From Bacteroidales bacterium (lineage in GTDB: Bacteria; Bacteroidota; Bacteroidia; Bacteroidales; WCHB1-69): a DNA stretch of 64,000 nt. The position numbers were made by a program, and so were the translations under genes. Each line of letters starts with the position of its first letter. Position 1 is the stretch's first letter. The notes beneath the pieces are model-generated. The model did not search any database and was not told where the DNA came from. It saw only the letters and a program-made list of their open reading frames with translations. Where the stretch lies: assembly GCA_017540505.1 (NCBI GenBank), contig JAFYAW010000012.1, positions 13,847 to 77,846 of the forward strand, in the 5' to 3' direction. This document shows positions 9,208 to 18,247 of this stretch, piece by piece.

Positions 9208-10763
9208 AACTCTCGAACATACGGATTCCCGTCGGCTGTAAAGACGGATTGGAGGCTGCGATAGGCCGGCAGTTCGGCATACGGGCGGAAGACTTGCGCG
9301 ACCTCCGGATTGTGCGGCAGGCCATAGATGCCCGCAAGCGGGATCGCGTGGTCTATGATTACCAGGTGTTGGTCACGCTGCCCGAGCAATACCAACACCT
9401 TATGGGTCAAGCAGGTGTGTTCGCGTGGCAGCCTCCCATAGAGGTTGAGTACCCCCGATGGCGCGGCGCACACAGGCCTGTGGTGGTCGGCTTCGGACCC
9501 TCCGGAATGTTCGCAGCCCTATACCTTGCCCGTTGCCAAGCCCGTCCCATCATCCTTGAACGTGGCGAGAAGATTGAAGGACGCAAGAAATCCGTAACGG
9601 ATTTCTTAAACCACAAAACGCTGAAGACCCATTCCAACGTACAGTTCGGTGAAGGCGGTGCCGGCACCTTCTCCGACGGGAAACTGAACACCAACGTCCA
9701 CAGCGAATACAACAATTTCATCCTCAAAGAGTTTTACAAACATGGAGCTAACGAGGACGTCACCTACCTGCAGAATCCGCATGTGGGCACCGACAATTTG
9801 GAGAAAGTGGTCCGCAACATCCGGTTAGAAATCGAATCGTTGGGTGGAGAGTTCCATTTCAACACCACCTTTTTGGACTTCCGGCAGGAGGGTAACCATT
9901 TGCAACTGGTTTGTGACCCGCCGACACCCATCGCCACGCAGCATTTGCTATTGGGGTTGGGGCATTCAGCGCGGGACACCATCCGTCAGATGCACGCCCA
10001 TGGTCTGCTGATGGAGCCCAAGCCTTTCTCCATGGGAGTGCGCATCGAGCATCTCCAGCAACGTGTCAACAGGATGCAGTACGGTGCCGCCGCCAGACTG
10101 TTGCCACCGGCATCCTACAAGGGCGTGGTACACCTGAAAGAGCGTAGCGTCTATACCTTCTGCATGTGCCCCGGCGGCACCGTGATGGCCTCCGCCAGCG
10201 AGCCACACACCATCGTCACCAATGGCATGAGCGAACACCTCCGCGACAAAACCAACGCCAACAGCGCGTTGCTGGTCAACGTGACCCCGGAGGACTACTA
10301 TGTGGACAACCCGCTGGACGGTCTGCTGTATCAGGAGAAATACGAGCGTCTGGCCTTTGAAGTAGCCGGCGACTACCGCGCTCCCGGCAATCTGGTGGGT
10401 GAGTTCCTGCAACAACGCATCGCCACGGGCCATCGCAGCGTACAGCCCTCCTATCCGCACGGCATCATCTTTTGCGACCTCAACCGCTGTCTGCCCGAAT
10501 ATGTGGTGCGAGCCCTTCGCGAGGCCTTACCCCTCTTTGACCGCAAGATGCATGGCTTTGCCGACCCTGATGCAGTCCTGACCGGCGTGGAGACCCGTTC
10601 CTCCTCGCCTGTGCGCATCCTGCGTGGCGATGACCGCCAATGTGCCGTCAAGGGCATTTACCCGATAGGCGAAGGTGCCGGCTATGCCGGCGGCATCATG
10701 AGTGCCGCCATCGACGGCCTCAAAACCGCAATAACCGCCACCAAAAGTTTCTTGAACGAATAG
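9198..10763 (+). CDS. FAD-dependent oxidoreductase (uncharacterised FAD-dependent dehydrogenase family)
   Basis: 521 aa. Dinucleotide-binding motif VVVGFGPSGMFAALYLA and the C-terminal motif IYPIGEGAGYAGGIMSAAIDG typical of this family. Confidence 0.7.
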   Translation: MQIKLSNIRIPVGCKDGLEAAIGRQFGIRAEDLRDLRIVRQAIDARKRDRVVYDYQVLVTLPEQYQHLMGQAGVFAWQPPIEVEYPRWRGAHRPVVVGFGPSGMFAALYLARCQARPIILERGEKIEGRKKSVTDFLNHKTLKTHSNVQFGEGGAGTFSDGKLNTNVHSEYNNFILKEFYKHGANEDVTYLQNPHVGTDNLEKVVRNIRLEIESLGGEFHFNTTFLDFRQEGNHLQLVCDPPTPIATQHLLLGLGHSARDTIRQMHAHGLLMEPKPFSMGVRIEHLQQRVNRMQYGAAARLLPPASYKGVVHLKERSVYTFCMCPGGTVMASASEPHTIVTNGMSEHLRDKTNANSALLVNVTPEDYYVDNPLDGLLYQEKYERLAFEVAGDYRAPGNLVGEFLQQRIATGHRSVQPSYPHGIIFCDLNRCLPEYVVRALREALPLFDRKMHGFADPDAVLTGVETRSSSPVRILRGDDRQCAVKGIYPIGEGAGYAGGIMSAAIDGLKTAITATKSFLNE

Positions 10764-10785
10764 AAGAATCCGACTCCTCTATTCC

Positions 10786-11871
10786 TTATACCTCCATAGT
10801 CAATATCTTTTCTTCATCCATCCCTACGATTTTGGCGACGACAGCTGGCGCCATGCCGTTAGCCAGCATATTCCGTATAAGCATCTGACGCTCCTCTATT
10901 CGACCTTTTTCTATTCCTTTTTCTATTCCTTTTTCTATTTCCTCCTTCATTCCTTTCTTCATTCCTTTCTTCATTCCTTTCTCCATTCCTTTCTCCATTC
11001 CTTTCTCCATTCCTTTCTCCATTCCTTTTTCCATTCCTTTTTCCAACCCCTCTTTCATTCCCTTTTTCAAACCTTCTTTCATCCCTTCTTTCATTCCCTT
11101 TCTCAGCCCCAATTCCTTTCCCTCTTCTATCCCTTGTTTCACCCCTTCACGTCGGCCAACTTTTATCCATGTGGCCTCCACGCTGACAGCATCCCAATAT
11201 TTGTCATATATATAACGCTCTGCATCGCTGTAGTTGATAGCCTCCAATAGCCCGATGGCTTTGGCGATATCATGGTCGGCAAGCAGATCTGGAGGCGGAA
11301 AGCGAGTCTCTTCCTGCATCTCCGTGAAAAAACGCATCCAGAGATCCCGCTTAGAAGAGCCCTTCTCCTGTAACTTCTGAAACTTCTCTATCTCAACAAA
11401 CACGATTTTAAGGCCTTCGAGCACCCTATCCGTGTGATACTCGTGAACGATGCGGTAAGGATGATACCACTCTTCAATGTCCGGATGGCTATTTCCATTG
11501 ACAAAATTCAAAGAATAGACAGGCTGCAGTAAATCATACGTACCCCCCTTCTGAAGTTGATTCACATAAGCTTTTGAGGTGTTGAAAAGAACCCGTTGGT
11601 AAAAGCTTTCCGCCCAATTGAGCTGCATTTCCACAAGAAACTGAGAACCGGAAGAATCCTTACAACAGACATCCACGATACTGTTCTTGCGAGCTGGTGT
11701 CTCAGGCATAAGTTCAGCTGAGATGTAGTGAAAGGATGTTATGGTTCGGCCACCTTCCAACGGCAGGAAAGCATTAAGGAGGCTCGTGGCCAAGTCAATG
11801 TTTTGCCCGAATATTTTACGAAATGTGACATCGGTAATAGGACTATAATATTTAATAGGACCCCTGATCAT
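10786..11871 (-). CDS. Rpn family recombination-promoting nuclease / PD-(D/E)XK putative transposase
   Basis: 361 aa. N-terminal SPITDVTFRKIFG...NSIVDVCCKD...FLVEMQLNW (PD-(D/E)XK core D...E.Q). The C-terminus is a long (E/K)KG(M/I/L) repeat. Confidence 0.75.
   Translation of the reverse strand: MIRGPIKYYSPITDVTFRKIFGQNIDLATSLLNAFLPLEGGRTITSFHYISAELMPETPARKNSIVDVCCKDSSGSQFLVEMQLNWAESFYQRVLFNTSKAYVNQLQKGGTYDLLQPVYSLNFVNGNSHPDIEEWYHPYRIVHEYHTDRVLEGLKIVFVEIEKFQKLQEKGSSKRDLWMRFFTEMQEETRFPPPDLLADHDIAKAIGLLEAINYSDAERYIYDKYWDAVSVEATWIKVGRREGVKQGIEEGKELGLRKGMKEGMKEGLKKGMKEGLEKGMEKGMEKGMEKGMEKGMEKGMKKGMKKGMKEEIEKGIEKGIEKGRIEERQMLIRNMLANGMAPAVVAKIVGMDEEKILTMEV
10909..11100 (-). repeat. about 16 tandem 12-nt units (plus strand (T/C)T(C/T)CATTCCTTT and variants) encoding (E/K)KG(M/I) tetrapeptides
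   Basis: Direct reading: CTCCATTCCTTT x4 (10981-11028), CTTCATTCCTTT x3 (10945-10980), TTCTATTCCTTT x2 (10909-10932), with degenerate units out to about 11100. Protein: GMKEGMKEGLKKGMKEGLEKGMEKGMEKGMEKGMEKGMEKGMKKGMKKGMKEEIEKGIEKGIEKG. Confidence 0.9.
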
Positions 11872-11897
11872 TTAATTTATTTTAAAATTCAACGCAG

Positions 11898-11905
11898 CAA
11901 AAATA
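11898..11905 (-). promoter_or_regulatory. Bacteroidetes -7 promoter box (TAnnTTTG)
   Basis: The minus strand reads TATTTTTG 27 nt upstream of the Rpn ATG at 11871. Confidence 0.45.
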
Positions 11906-12056
11906 CAATATAGTTTACCCCATGTCAAGTGTTAAAACAAAATTTTTTGCCCCTGATTATAAGCAATTTAATAATCAGTGTGAATAATTTAACAACTATT
12001 AGTTAAAAATAAAAACCGAATTTCGGAGAAAAATGGGGATTCTAAAGAAAATATTA

Positions 12057-13694
12057 CTATTTGTCACCATTTATCCGAACCCTTCTCAAATCCAGCATAT
12101 TCACGGGATTGGTGCCCAGGCCGCTGATGTTGGCACGAGTGAAGCGCACCACCTTGTCGTAATAGAGCACCACCACCGGCGCATCGGCCATCAGCATTGC
12201 ATCCATACGGGTGTAATAGTCGTTACGCTTTTCTTCATCCGTACAACGTTGTGAGGCCTCGTACAATTTGTCGAACGCAGGATTCACATAATGGGTGTAA
12301 TTGGAGCCCACGGGCTGCAAATTCTTGGAATAGAAGAGTGCCAGATAATTTTCCGCATCCGGATAGTCGCAAATCCAAGAACCCCGGAAGAAGGGCAGCT
12401 GGTAGTTGCGCATCATTTCCCGCTGCTGGGCGCCCTGCACCACATCCAATTTCAGCTCGATGCCAAGGTCCGCCAACTCATGCTGGATATACTGCACTAA
12501 ATCGGCATAGGAGGCAGACACAGCAACCGAGATGGTCGGCAAGCCCTTGCCATTGGGATAACCGGCCTCGGCCAGCAACTGAGCCGCTTTCTTGGGATTA
12601 TAGTCGTACCCTCCCGTGCGGGCGGGATCGAACGAGGGCATTCCCCGAGGCACGAAACCCGCCGTGCCTGGATAACCCACATTGTTACGCAAATATTTCA
12701 TCATCTTCTCGCGGTCGAAGCCGTAGTTGATGGCCTGACGCACCCGCCTGTCTAACAAAGGATTAGACTTATCCCCCTGTTTTAACATAAATCCCAAATA
12801 CTCCGTATTGAGATACGGCCCCGTGAGCATCTGTATTTTCCCCTTGTACTCGGGATTAAGGTTCCCGTCCTTGGTCAGCAGGGCATCCTTATAGCAGGCC
12901 TCCACACCCGACATGAAATCCAGAGTCCCTTTCATAAACTCCATAAAAACAGACTGTTTGTCCACAATGAACGAGATAGCCACCGCGTCAATATAGGGCA
13001 GACGATTCCCCTGCTCATCACATTCAAAGTAATCGGGATTTCTGCGTAGCACTAATTTCACCCCTTCCTGCCACAGCTGGAATTGGAAGGGACCTGTACC
13101 CACAGGGTGTTTCCGAAAATCCTTGCCGTAATGCTCCACCACCTCTTTCGGGACTACAGAGCAGTATTTCATCGTCAGAATCCCGAGGAACGGCGGAAAA
13201 GCTTCCGACAATTGTATTTGGAACGTCGTGTCATCCAAGGCCTTAAAACAAGGCTTGCCGGCGGCATCGCGACGTACCTTCTGGAAAATCCATGCCCCGG
13301 GCGAGGCCACCTCAGGGTCCAGAATCCGAGAGAAACTATATACAAAATCCTGCGCCGTCACCTTCCTGGCTTTGTCAAAAGGATACTCCTTTGTATTGTG
13401 AAACGTCACATCATCGCGCAAGAAAAACGTATAAGTCAGCCCGTCAGCGGAGATGATCCAGCTTTTGGCGATGGCGGGCACAATATTCAGCGAATCATCC
13501 AAATCCACCAGCCCGTTATAGAGCTGATTGCAGGGCCATAGCGTGGCCTGGCCCGAGGAATATGCCGGATCCAACGACTGTATGCCATTGGACTCGTTAT
13601 AATGAAAGATCTTCTTGTCCGAATGGTCGAACTTCGGTCTGCAACCGGTCATCACCACCATCAGCAAAACCAGACAAAACCAAAACCTCCTCAT
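12057..13694 (-). CDS. ABC-type substrate-binding lipoprotein, family 5 (peptide/nickel, OppA/MppA-like)
   Basis: 545 aa. Lipoprotein signal LLMVVMTGC. Family-5 signature-like AKSWIISADGLTYTFFLRDDVTFHN. No permease or ATPase genes are adjacent. Confidence 0.8.
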   Translation of the reverse strand: MRRFWFCLVLLMVVMTGCRPKFDHSDKKIFHYNESNGIQSLDPAYSSGQATLWPCNQLYNGLVDLDDSLNIVPAIAKSWIISADGLTYTFFLRDDVTFHNTKEYPFDKARKVTAQDFVYSFSRILDPEVASPGAWIFQKVRRDAAGKPCFKALDDTTFQIQLSEAFPPFLGILTMKYCSVVPKEVVEHYGKDFRKHPVGTGPFQFQLWQEGVKLVLRRNPDYFECDEQGNRLPYIDAVAISFIVDKQSVFMEFMKGTLDFMSGVEACYKDALLTKDGNLNPEYKGKIQMLTGPYLNTEYLGFMLKQGDKSNPLLDRRVRQAINYGFDREKMMKYLRNNVGYPGTAGFVPRGMPSFDPARTGGYDYNPKKAAQLLAEAGYPNGKGLPTISVAVSASYADLVQYIQHELADLGIELKLDVVQGAQQREMMRNYQLPFFRGSWICDYPDAENYLALFYSKNLQPVGSNYTHYVNPAFDKLYEASQRCTDEEKRNDYYTRMDAMLMADAPVVVLYYDKVVRFTRANISGLGTNPVNMLDLRRVRINGDK

Positions 13695-13724
13695 TATTAC
13701 TTGTAAATTGTAAACTGTTAATTC

Positions 13725-14687
13725 TTAAGACAGAGCCTGATTGACCTTCTTGGAGGATTCCAAAATGGAATTGTACTCTTCCGGTGTAATGTCGGCGTTG
13801 AAATAATAGACCGGATTCACGGGGGTGCCGTTCTTAATCACCTCGTAATGAAGATGCGAGCCGGACGACATACCCGTAGAGCCCACATATCCAATAAGTT
13901 GTCCACGTTTGACCTTCTGTCCGGGCTTCACCGCCTTTTTTGAAAGATGGGCGTAGAGCGTTTGATAAGAATACCCATGGTTGATGAGTACGGCGATGCC
14001 GTAGCCGCTGCCCGGATTATCGCCCGACACCGTGCCGTCGGCGGTCGCATACACGGGCGTGCCCTTGGGCGCGGTGATATCCACCCCCGTATGGGCGCGC
14101 AAGGTCTTCAAAATCGGATGATAACGCCGCCCAAAACCCGATGTGATCGTGTGCATGTTCTTCAACGGGCGGATGGCCGGAATGGAACTCAGCATGTCGG
14201 ACTTCTTGCTGGCGATCTGTTCCAGCTCCGACAGCGAGCGTGACTGCGCCGCCAAGCGCACCACCAACTGGTCGGCCTTCATATTGGCCTCCTTCAGCTC
14301 GGCATACGCCTCCGAACGGGACAGACTGTCGAACCGCGGATCAGCCAACAAAAGCGGATAACGCTCGGATGCCGGCACCGGATCAGCCTCAAAGACCGTG
14401 CGATAGACATTGTCGTCACGGTCCTCAATGTCGGCCAGAACATCCGAAAGTATGTCAAGGCGGTGCGACAGGTTCTCCACCTCCCCACGCAACTCGTTGT
14501 TCTCCCGCTCTAAAATCTTCACTTTTGGGGAATCTATCGTATAAAAAGCAATCCAAACGAACACCACCGCAAACGCCACCCCGCTGAAGAAAACCCACAC
14601 CAAACGCTTGAAGATGTGCTTGAAGCTCACCTTCACCTTCTCAAACGAGAGCGTCTTGGGGTTAAAATGATAAAACGAGTTTGGCAT
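13725..14687 (-). CDS. M23 family metallopeptidase (peptidoglycan DD-endopeptidase-like) with N-terminal membrane anchor and coiled coil
   Basis: 320 aa. HTGVD matches HxxxD and SHLHYEV matches HxH, so both are intact. TM anchor VWVFFSGVAFAVVFVWIAF. Confidence 0.85.
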   Translation of the reverse strand: MPNSFYHFNPKTLSFEKVKVSFKHIFKRLVWVFFSGVAFAVVFVWIAFYTIDSPKVKILERENNELRGEVENLSHRLDILSDVLADIEDRDDNVYRTVFEADPVPASERYPLLLADPRFDSLSRSEAYAELKEANMKADQLVVRLAAQSRSLSELEQIASKKSDMLSSIPAIRPLKNMHTITSGFGRRYHPILKTLRAHTGVDITAPKGTPVYATADGTVSGDNPGSGYGIAVLINHGYSYQTLYAHLSKKAVKPGQKVKRGQLIGYVGSTGMSSGSHLHYEVIKNGTPVNPVYYFNADITPEEYNSILESSKKVNQALS

Positions 14688-14720
14688 TTGCTTGATTAAT
14701 ACACTTTTATAATAATATCC

Positions 14721-16061
14721 TTATTTGCATCCGATGCAGATGCGGTCTCCGATACCATAGCTGCTGATGGCACCGCTGTTCCGTTTGATGATGATTTTCA
14801 ACTGCACACCATATTTCTGCGCGATATATCGGTACGTGTCGCCCTTCTGTAGCGTATGGTACTCTTCCGGCGACTTGGTGCTCTTCATCTCCAAATAGAC
14901 AACCTCATCCTCAATCGGTTCCGAATCATCATAAACATCATTATACAAACGAAGGTTTTTCTCGGACATCTGCATGGATGTGGCTAACGACTTGTAGGTG
15001 TCACCCTTCCGGGCGATGAGAAACTTGGTTTTGTTGTTCTCATACACAGGACGGCTCGTATAGGGATAATACGCCGATTTGTACGGCACGGCATAGGGAT
15101 TGAGGACGAAAACATTCTTGCCCTGCACCTTTTCCGGCTCCGGCTCCGAAACCTTCTGCACGATGGTGTCCACCTTTGTCGGCTTGGGTTTCTCCGACTT
15201 ATTGACGATGACCTGAATGCCGTTCACCTCCATCGTGTCGGCTTTCGGCTTGGCAGCGGGTTCCGACTTGGGTTCGGGCTTCGCCGGCTTCGTCTCTACC
15301 GTTTCCGTTTGGACAGGTTTTGTCGGCTTTGTTTCTACAGGTTCAGTTTGGACTGGTTTTGCCGGCTGGGTTTCTACCGGTTTCACAGGAGCCGTGGCCA
15401 CGGTTTCAGGTTGTGTGGGCTTGGTTTCTGTTTTCTCCACAGGCTTTGTGACCGGTGTTTGAGTGGTGCTGTTAGACGTAATAGGGTTGGTTTTAGGCAC
15501 AGAAGCAGATGCCAACGCCGCCGTGTCGCCCATCCGCTGGGCCACCTTGCGGTCATAATGCATCAGATAGTATTTTTCGATGATGGAGATCAGCGTGTCG
15601 GCGTAGCGCGGATTGCCGGAATAACCGGCCTCCTTCAGCCCGTGCGCCCAGGATTTGTAGTCGGTAATGGGCAGATAGAAGAGTTTGATATAGCGGCTGC
15701 GCTGCGACAGAAACAGCGAATGGTCGCGGTAGGACTCCTCCACCGAAGCATATTTCCGGAAGCAGTAGTCGCTACTATGGTTCTCCGTCTCATAAAAGGT
15801 GGGACCGGTCCACTCTTTCGTGTGGCACATGATGCCGAAATGGTTGTTCGCCTCCTTGGCGATGCGGTTGGTGCCGCATTTGGAAGCATAGATGGCCTGG
15901 GCCAACGTGATGCTGGCAGGCACCTTATACTGTTCCATCTCCTTCATGGCCAAATCCTTATACTCATCGATATAATCGTAAATCTGGTCTTCCAACGTGT
16001 ACTGGGCATAGGTGGCGGCCATGCCGAACAGGAGGATGCTCAAAATCAGAATTCGTTTCAT
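14721..16061 (-). CDS. glucosaminidase (GH73-like) domain protein with Pro/Thr/Lys repeat linker and two LysM domains; catalytic Glu replaced
   Basis: 446 aa. Signal peptide, then VPASITLAQAIYASKCG...NNHFGI, which aligns to the paralog's IPASITLAQGIFESACG...NNHFGI. C-terminal LysM repeats (IARKGDTYKSLA..., HTLQKGDTYRYIAQKYGV). Confidence 0.8.
   Translation of the reverse strand: MKRILILSILLFGMAATYAQYTLEDQIYDYIDEYKDLAMKEMEQYKVPASITLAQAIYASKCGTNRIAKEANNHFGIMCHTKEWTGPTFYETENHSSDYCFRKYASVEESYRDHSLFLSQRSRYIKLFYLPITDYKSWAHGLKEAGYSGNPRYADTLISIIEKYYLMHYDRKVAQRMGDTAALASASVPKTNPITSNSTTQTPVTKPVEKTETKPTQPETVATAPVKPVETQPAKPVQTEPVETKPTKPVQTETVETKPAKPEPKSEPAAKPKADTMEVNGIQVIVNKSEKPKPTKVDTIVQKVSEPEPEKVQGKNVFVLNPYAVPYKSAYYPYTSRPVYENNKTKFLIARKGDTYKSLATSMQMSEKNLRLYNDVYDDSEPIEDEVVYLEMKSTKSPEEYHTLQKGDTYRYIAQKYGVQLKIIIKRNSGAISSYGIGDRICIGCK
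15237..15464 (-). repeat. imperfect coding tandem repeat (linker TKPxxPVxTExVE units)
   Basis: Residues about 200-275: TQTPVTKPVEKTETKPTQPETVATAPVKPVETQPAKPVQTEPVETKPTKPVQTETVETKPAKPEPKSEPAAKPKAD. The DNA shows repeated GGTTT(C/T)(T/G)(T/C)... units. Confidence 0.7.
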
Positions 16062-16074
16062 AATCGGATTGTAT

Positions 16075-17160
16075 TTAATGTTTTAACAATATCTGGTCGC
16101 CGGGATGGATGATGGAATTCTCATCCAGCGAATTATACTTGAAGATGTAGTGCAGCTGCACGCCGTAACGCTGCGCGATGTATCGCAGGGTCTCGCCAGC
16201 CTGCACGATGTGCACCTTGTTGTTGTGCGTCTTCGCCTTGGCCTCGATATAGACAATCTCGTTCTCCACCGGCTGCGAGTTGGGGTCAAGCACGTCGTTG
16301 AACTTGCGGAGGCTCACCGCAGCCACCTGCACATCGCCGGCAATCTTCTCGTATGTGTCACCCTTCTGGGCGATGATGAAATAGGTGTGGTTGTTCTCGA
16401 AGACCTTGCGGTAGCTGAAAGGACTGGCTCCAGCGGGATACTCGCTGCCGATGGCCGTAAACACCTTGGTCGCTGTTTTGGCAGGCGGCACCGTGATGGG
16501 CTTGTCCGGCGTAGCGGGTTTCACCGGCTGGATGGGTTTTGTGGGCGGGACAGAAGGGCTCATGCCGCCGTTATCCATCGGTTTCCCGCCATTCCCGTAC
16601 GGGTTTTCCGCCACCTCCTGTCCGGCCTCCCCTTTCATGCACACGGTATCCAACCGGGCAATGTTGAAGCGTTCGATCAGGCTGATCAGGCGGTCGGCGT
16701 ACTGCGGGTTGGTGGCGTAGCCGTCGGCCTTGAGCGTGCGGGCCCAGGCCTGGTAATCCAGAATGTCGAGCTGGAAGAGGTTGGCATAGCGCTTGCGGGT
16801 GGTCAGGAACTTCGAGTGGTCGTTGTAGGAACCGGCCACATCCTCGTATTTGCGGAAGCACTCCTGAAGCTCGTCGTCGTCAACGAGAATCGTGTCGCCC
16901 ATCCAGTCCTCGTGGCACTTGATGCCGAAGTGGTTGTTGCCCTCCGTGGCCAGCCGACTCATGCCGCAAGCACTCTCAAAGATTCCTTGCGCCAGCGTGA
17001 TGCTAGCCGGAATGCGGTACTCGTGCATCTTATCCATGGCCACATGCTGGTATTTCACAATATAATCCCGAATGTCCGCCTCAGTATATTGGGCAAGCAC
17101 ATGATTGGAAACCAGCCCTGCCATCACAAGCAGACATCCGATACAGAATATTTTTTTCAC
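16075..17160 (-). CDS. glucosaminidase (GH73-like) + 2x LysM peptidoglycan hydrolase
   Basis: 361 aa. Signal peptide. LAQGIFESACG retains the GH73 catalytic Glu context. LysM repeats (IAQKGDTYEKIA, HIVQAGETLRYIAQRYGV). Confidence 0.85.
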   Translation of the reverse strand: MKKIFCIGCLLVMAGLVSNHVLAQYTEADIRDYIVKYQHVAMDKMHEYRIPASITLAQGIFESACGMSRLATEGNNHFGIKCHEDWMGDTILVDDDELQECFRKYEDVAGSYNDHSKFLTTRKRYANLFQLDILDYQAWARTLKADGYATNPQYADRLISLIERFNIARLDTVCMKGEAGQEVAENPYGNGGKPMDNGGMSPSVPPTKPIQPVKPATPDKPITVPPAKTATKVFTAIGSEYPAGASPFSYRKVFENNHTYFIIAQKGDTYEKIAGDVQVAAVSLRKFNDVLDPNSQPVENEIVYIEAKAKTHNNKVHIVQAGETLRYIAQRYGVQLHYIFKYNSLDENSIIHPGDQILLKH

Positions 17161-17200
17161 TAAATCTATTAATTATTAACTGTAAACTATTAATTATCAA

Positions 17201-18214
17201 TTATTTTCTACCCATTTCCAAATGCAACTTCCTGAGCTCAAACGCCTCCATCACCATCTTCGTATAAAACTCCTTAATATCCAATTTATTGTATTCCACC
17301 TGACCGGGCACGATGCTCATCGCCGTCTGGCCGGGAATCGTATTCACCTCCAGGAAGTAGGGGATGCCGTCGGTTTCGGAGAGGATGAAGTCCACCCGCA
17401 CTACGCCGTGGCAGTCAAGGTTGCGGAAGATGCGGGCGGCGTAGTCGCTCATGAGGGCGGTCTTGTCGTCGTCGATGACGGCGGGCGTGATGAGTTTGTG
17501 GCCCACGGCGGTGTATTTGGCGTTGTAGTCGTAGAATTCGTTGGAGGCCACCACCTCGGTGACAGCCAGCACCTGCACCTTGCCATATACGGAGGTCACG
17601 CCGCAGGTGAACTCGCGCCCACGCACGAACTTCTCCACTATCAGCTGGTTGTCGTATTTGAAGGCCTCCGCGAACGCGCCTGTCAGCTCCTCACGGTTGT
17701 GCACTTTCGTCACGCCGACGCTGGAGCCCGAGTTGCAGGCCTTCACGAAGCACGGGTAGCCGCACACCGCTTCGATGCGCTCGAAGTCTATCGGGTCGTT
17801 CACGTAGAAATGCAACGACGGCGAGATGGGGATGCCCAAGTCGGCCACCGCCAGATTGCAGTAGTATTTGTTGAACGTCAGGGCGGAGCAGAAGACGCCG
17901 CAGCCGGTGTAGGGCAGTCCCACCAGCTCGAAATAGGCCTGCAGCCGCCCGTTCTCGCCGGGCGTGCCATGGATGGCGATGAAGGCCGCATCGAAGGTCA
18001 CCTTCCCGTCGGGGAGGGCCAGCGTGAAGTCGTTCTTGTCCACCTGCCACACGCGCCCGTCGGCATCGGTGTAGTGCCAGTCCGCCCCTTTGAAATGGAT
18101 CAGATAGGGGTTGAACAGGTTCCTGTCCAACTGGTTGAAGATGTTGTCAGCTGTCTTGAGGGATATTTCATATTCGCCGGAATCCCCGCCGGCAATAAGA
18201 GCTATATTATACAT
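17201..18214 (-). CDS. ddl: D-alanine--D-alanine ligase
   Basis: 337 aa. N-terminal IALIAGGDSGEYEISL, ATP-grasp motifs (PCFVKACNSGSSVGV, VRVDFIL..G.PYFLEVNTIPG). Confidence 0.9.
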   Translation of the reverse strand: MYNIALIAGGDSGEYEISLKTADNIFNQLDRNLFNPYLIHFKGADWHYTDADGRVWQVDKNDFTLALPDGKVTFDAAFIAIHGTPGENGRLQAYFELVGLPYTGCGVFCSALTFNKYYCNLAVADLGIPISPSLHFYVNDPIDFERIEAVCGYPCFVKACNSGSSVGVTKVHNREELTGAFAEAFKYDNQLIVEKFVRGREFTCGVTSVYGKVQVLAVTEVVASNEFYDYNAKYTAVGHKLITPAVIDDDKTALMSDYAARIFRNLDCHGVVRVDFILSETDGIPYFLEVNTIPGQTAMSIVPGQVEYNKLDIKEFYTKMVMEAFELRKLHLEMGRK

Positions 18215-18239
18215 AATAATACAATAATTTCAAATTGGG

Positions 18240-18247
18240 CAAAGATA
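18240..18247 (-). promoter_or_regulatory. Bacteroidetes -7 promoter box (TAnnTTTG), candidate promoter of the ddl cell-wall operon
   Basis: The minus strand reads TATCTTTG 26 nt upstream of the ddl ATG. The four downstream minus-strand genes have spacers of only 13-39 nt and no comparable box. Confidence 0.5.

Noticed and set aside
10786-11871. The Rpn/PD-(D/E)XK gene as an active mobile element.
   Set aside because: No terminal inverted repeats or target-site duplication are visible in the flanks (10764-10785, 11872-12056). I annotated it as a stand-alone nuclease gene.
12006-12030. Possible minus-strand terminator after the substrate-binding protein gene (CCGAAATTCGG followed by a T run on the minus strand).
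   Set aside because: The stem is only 4-5 bp with a minimal loop, which is too weak to call.
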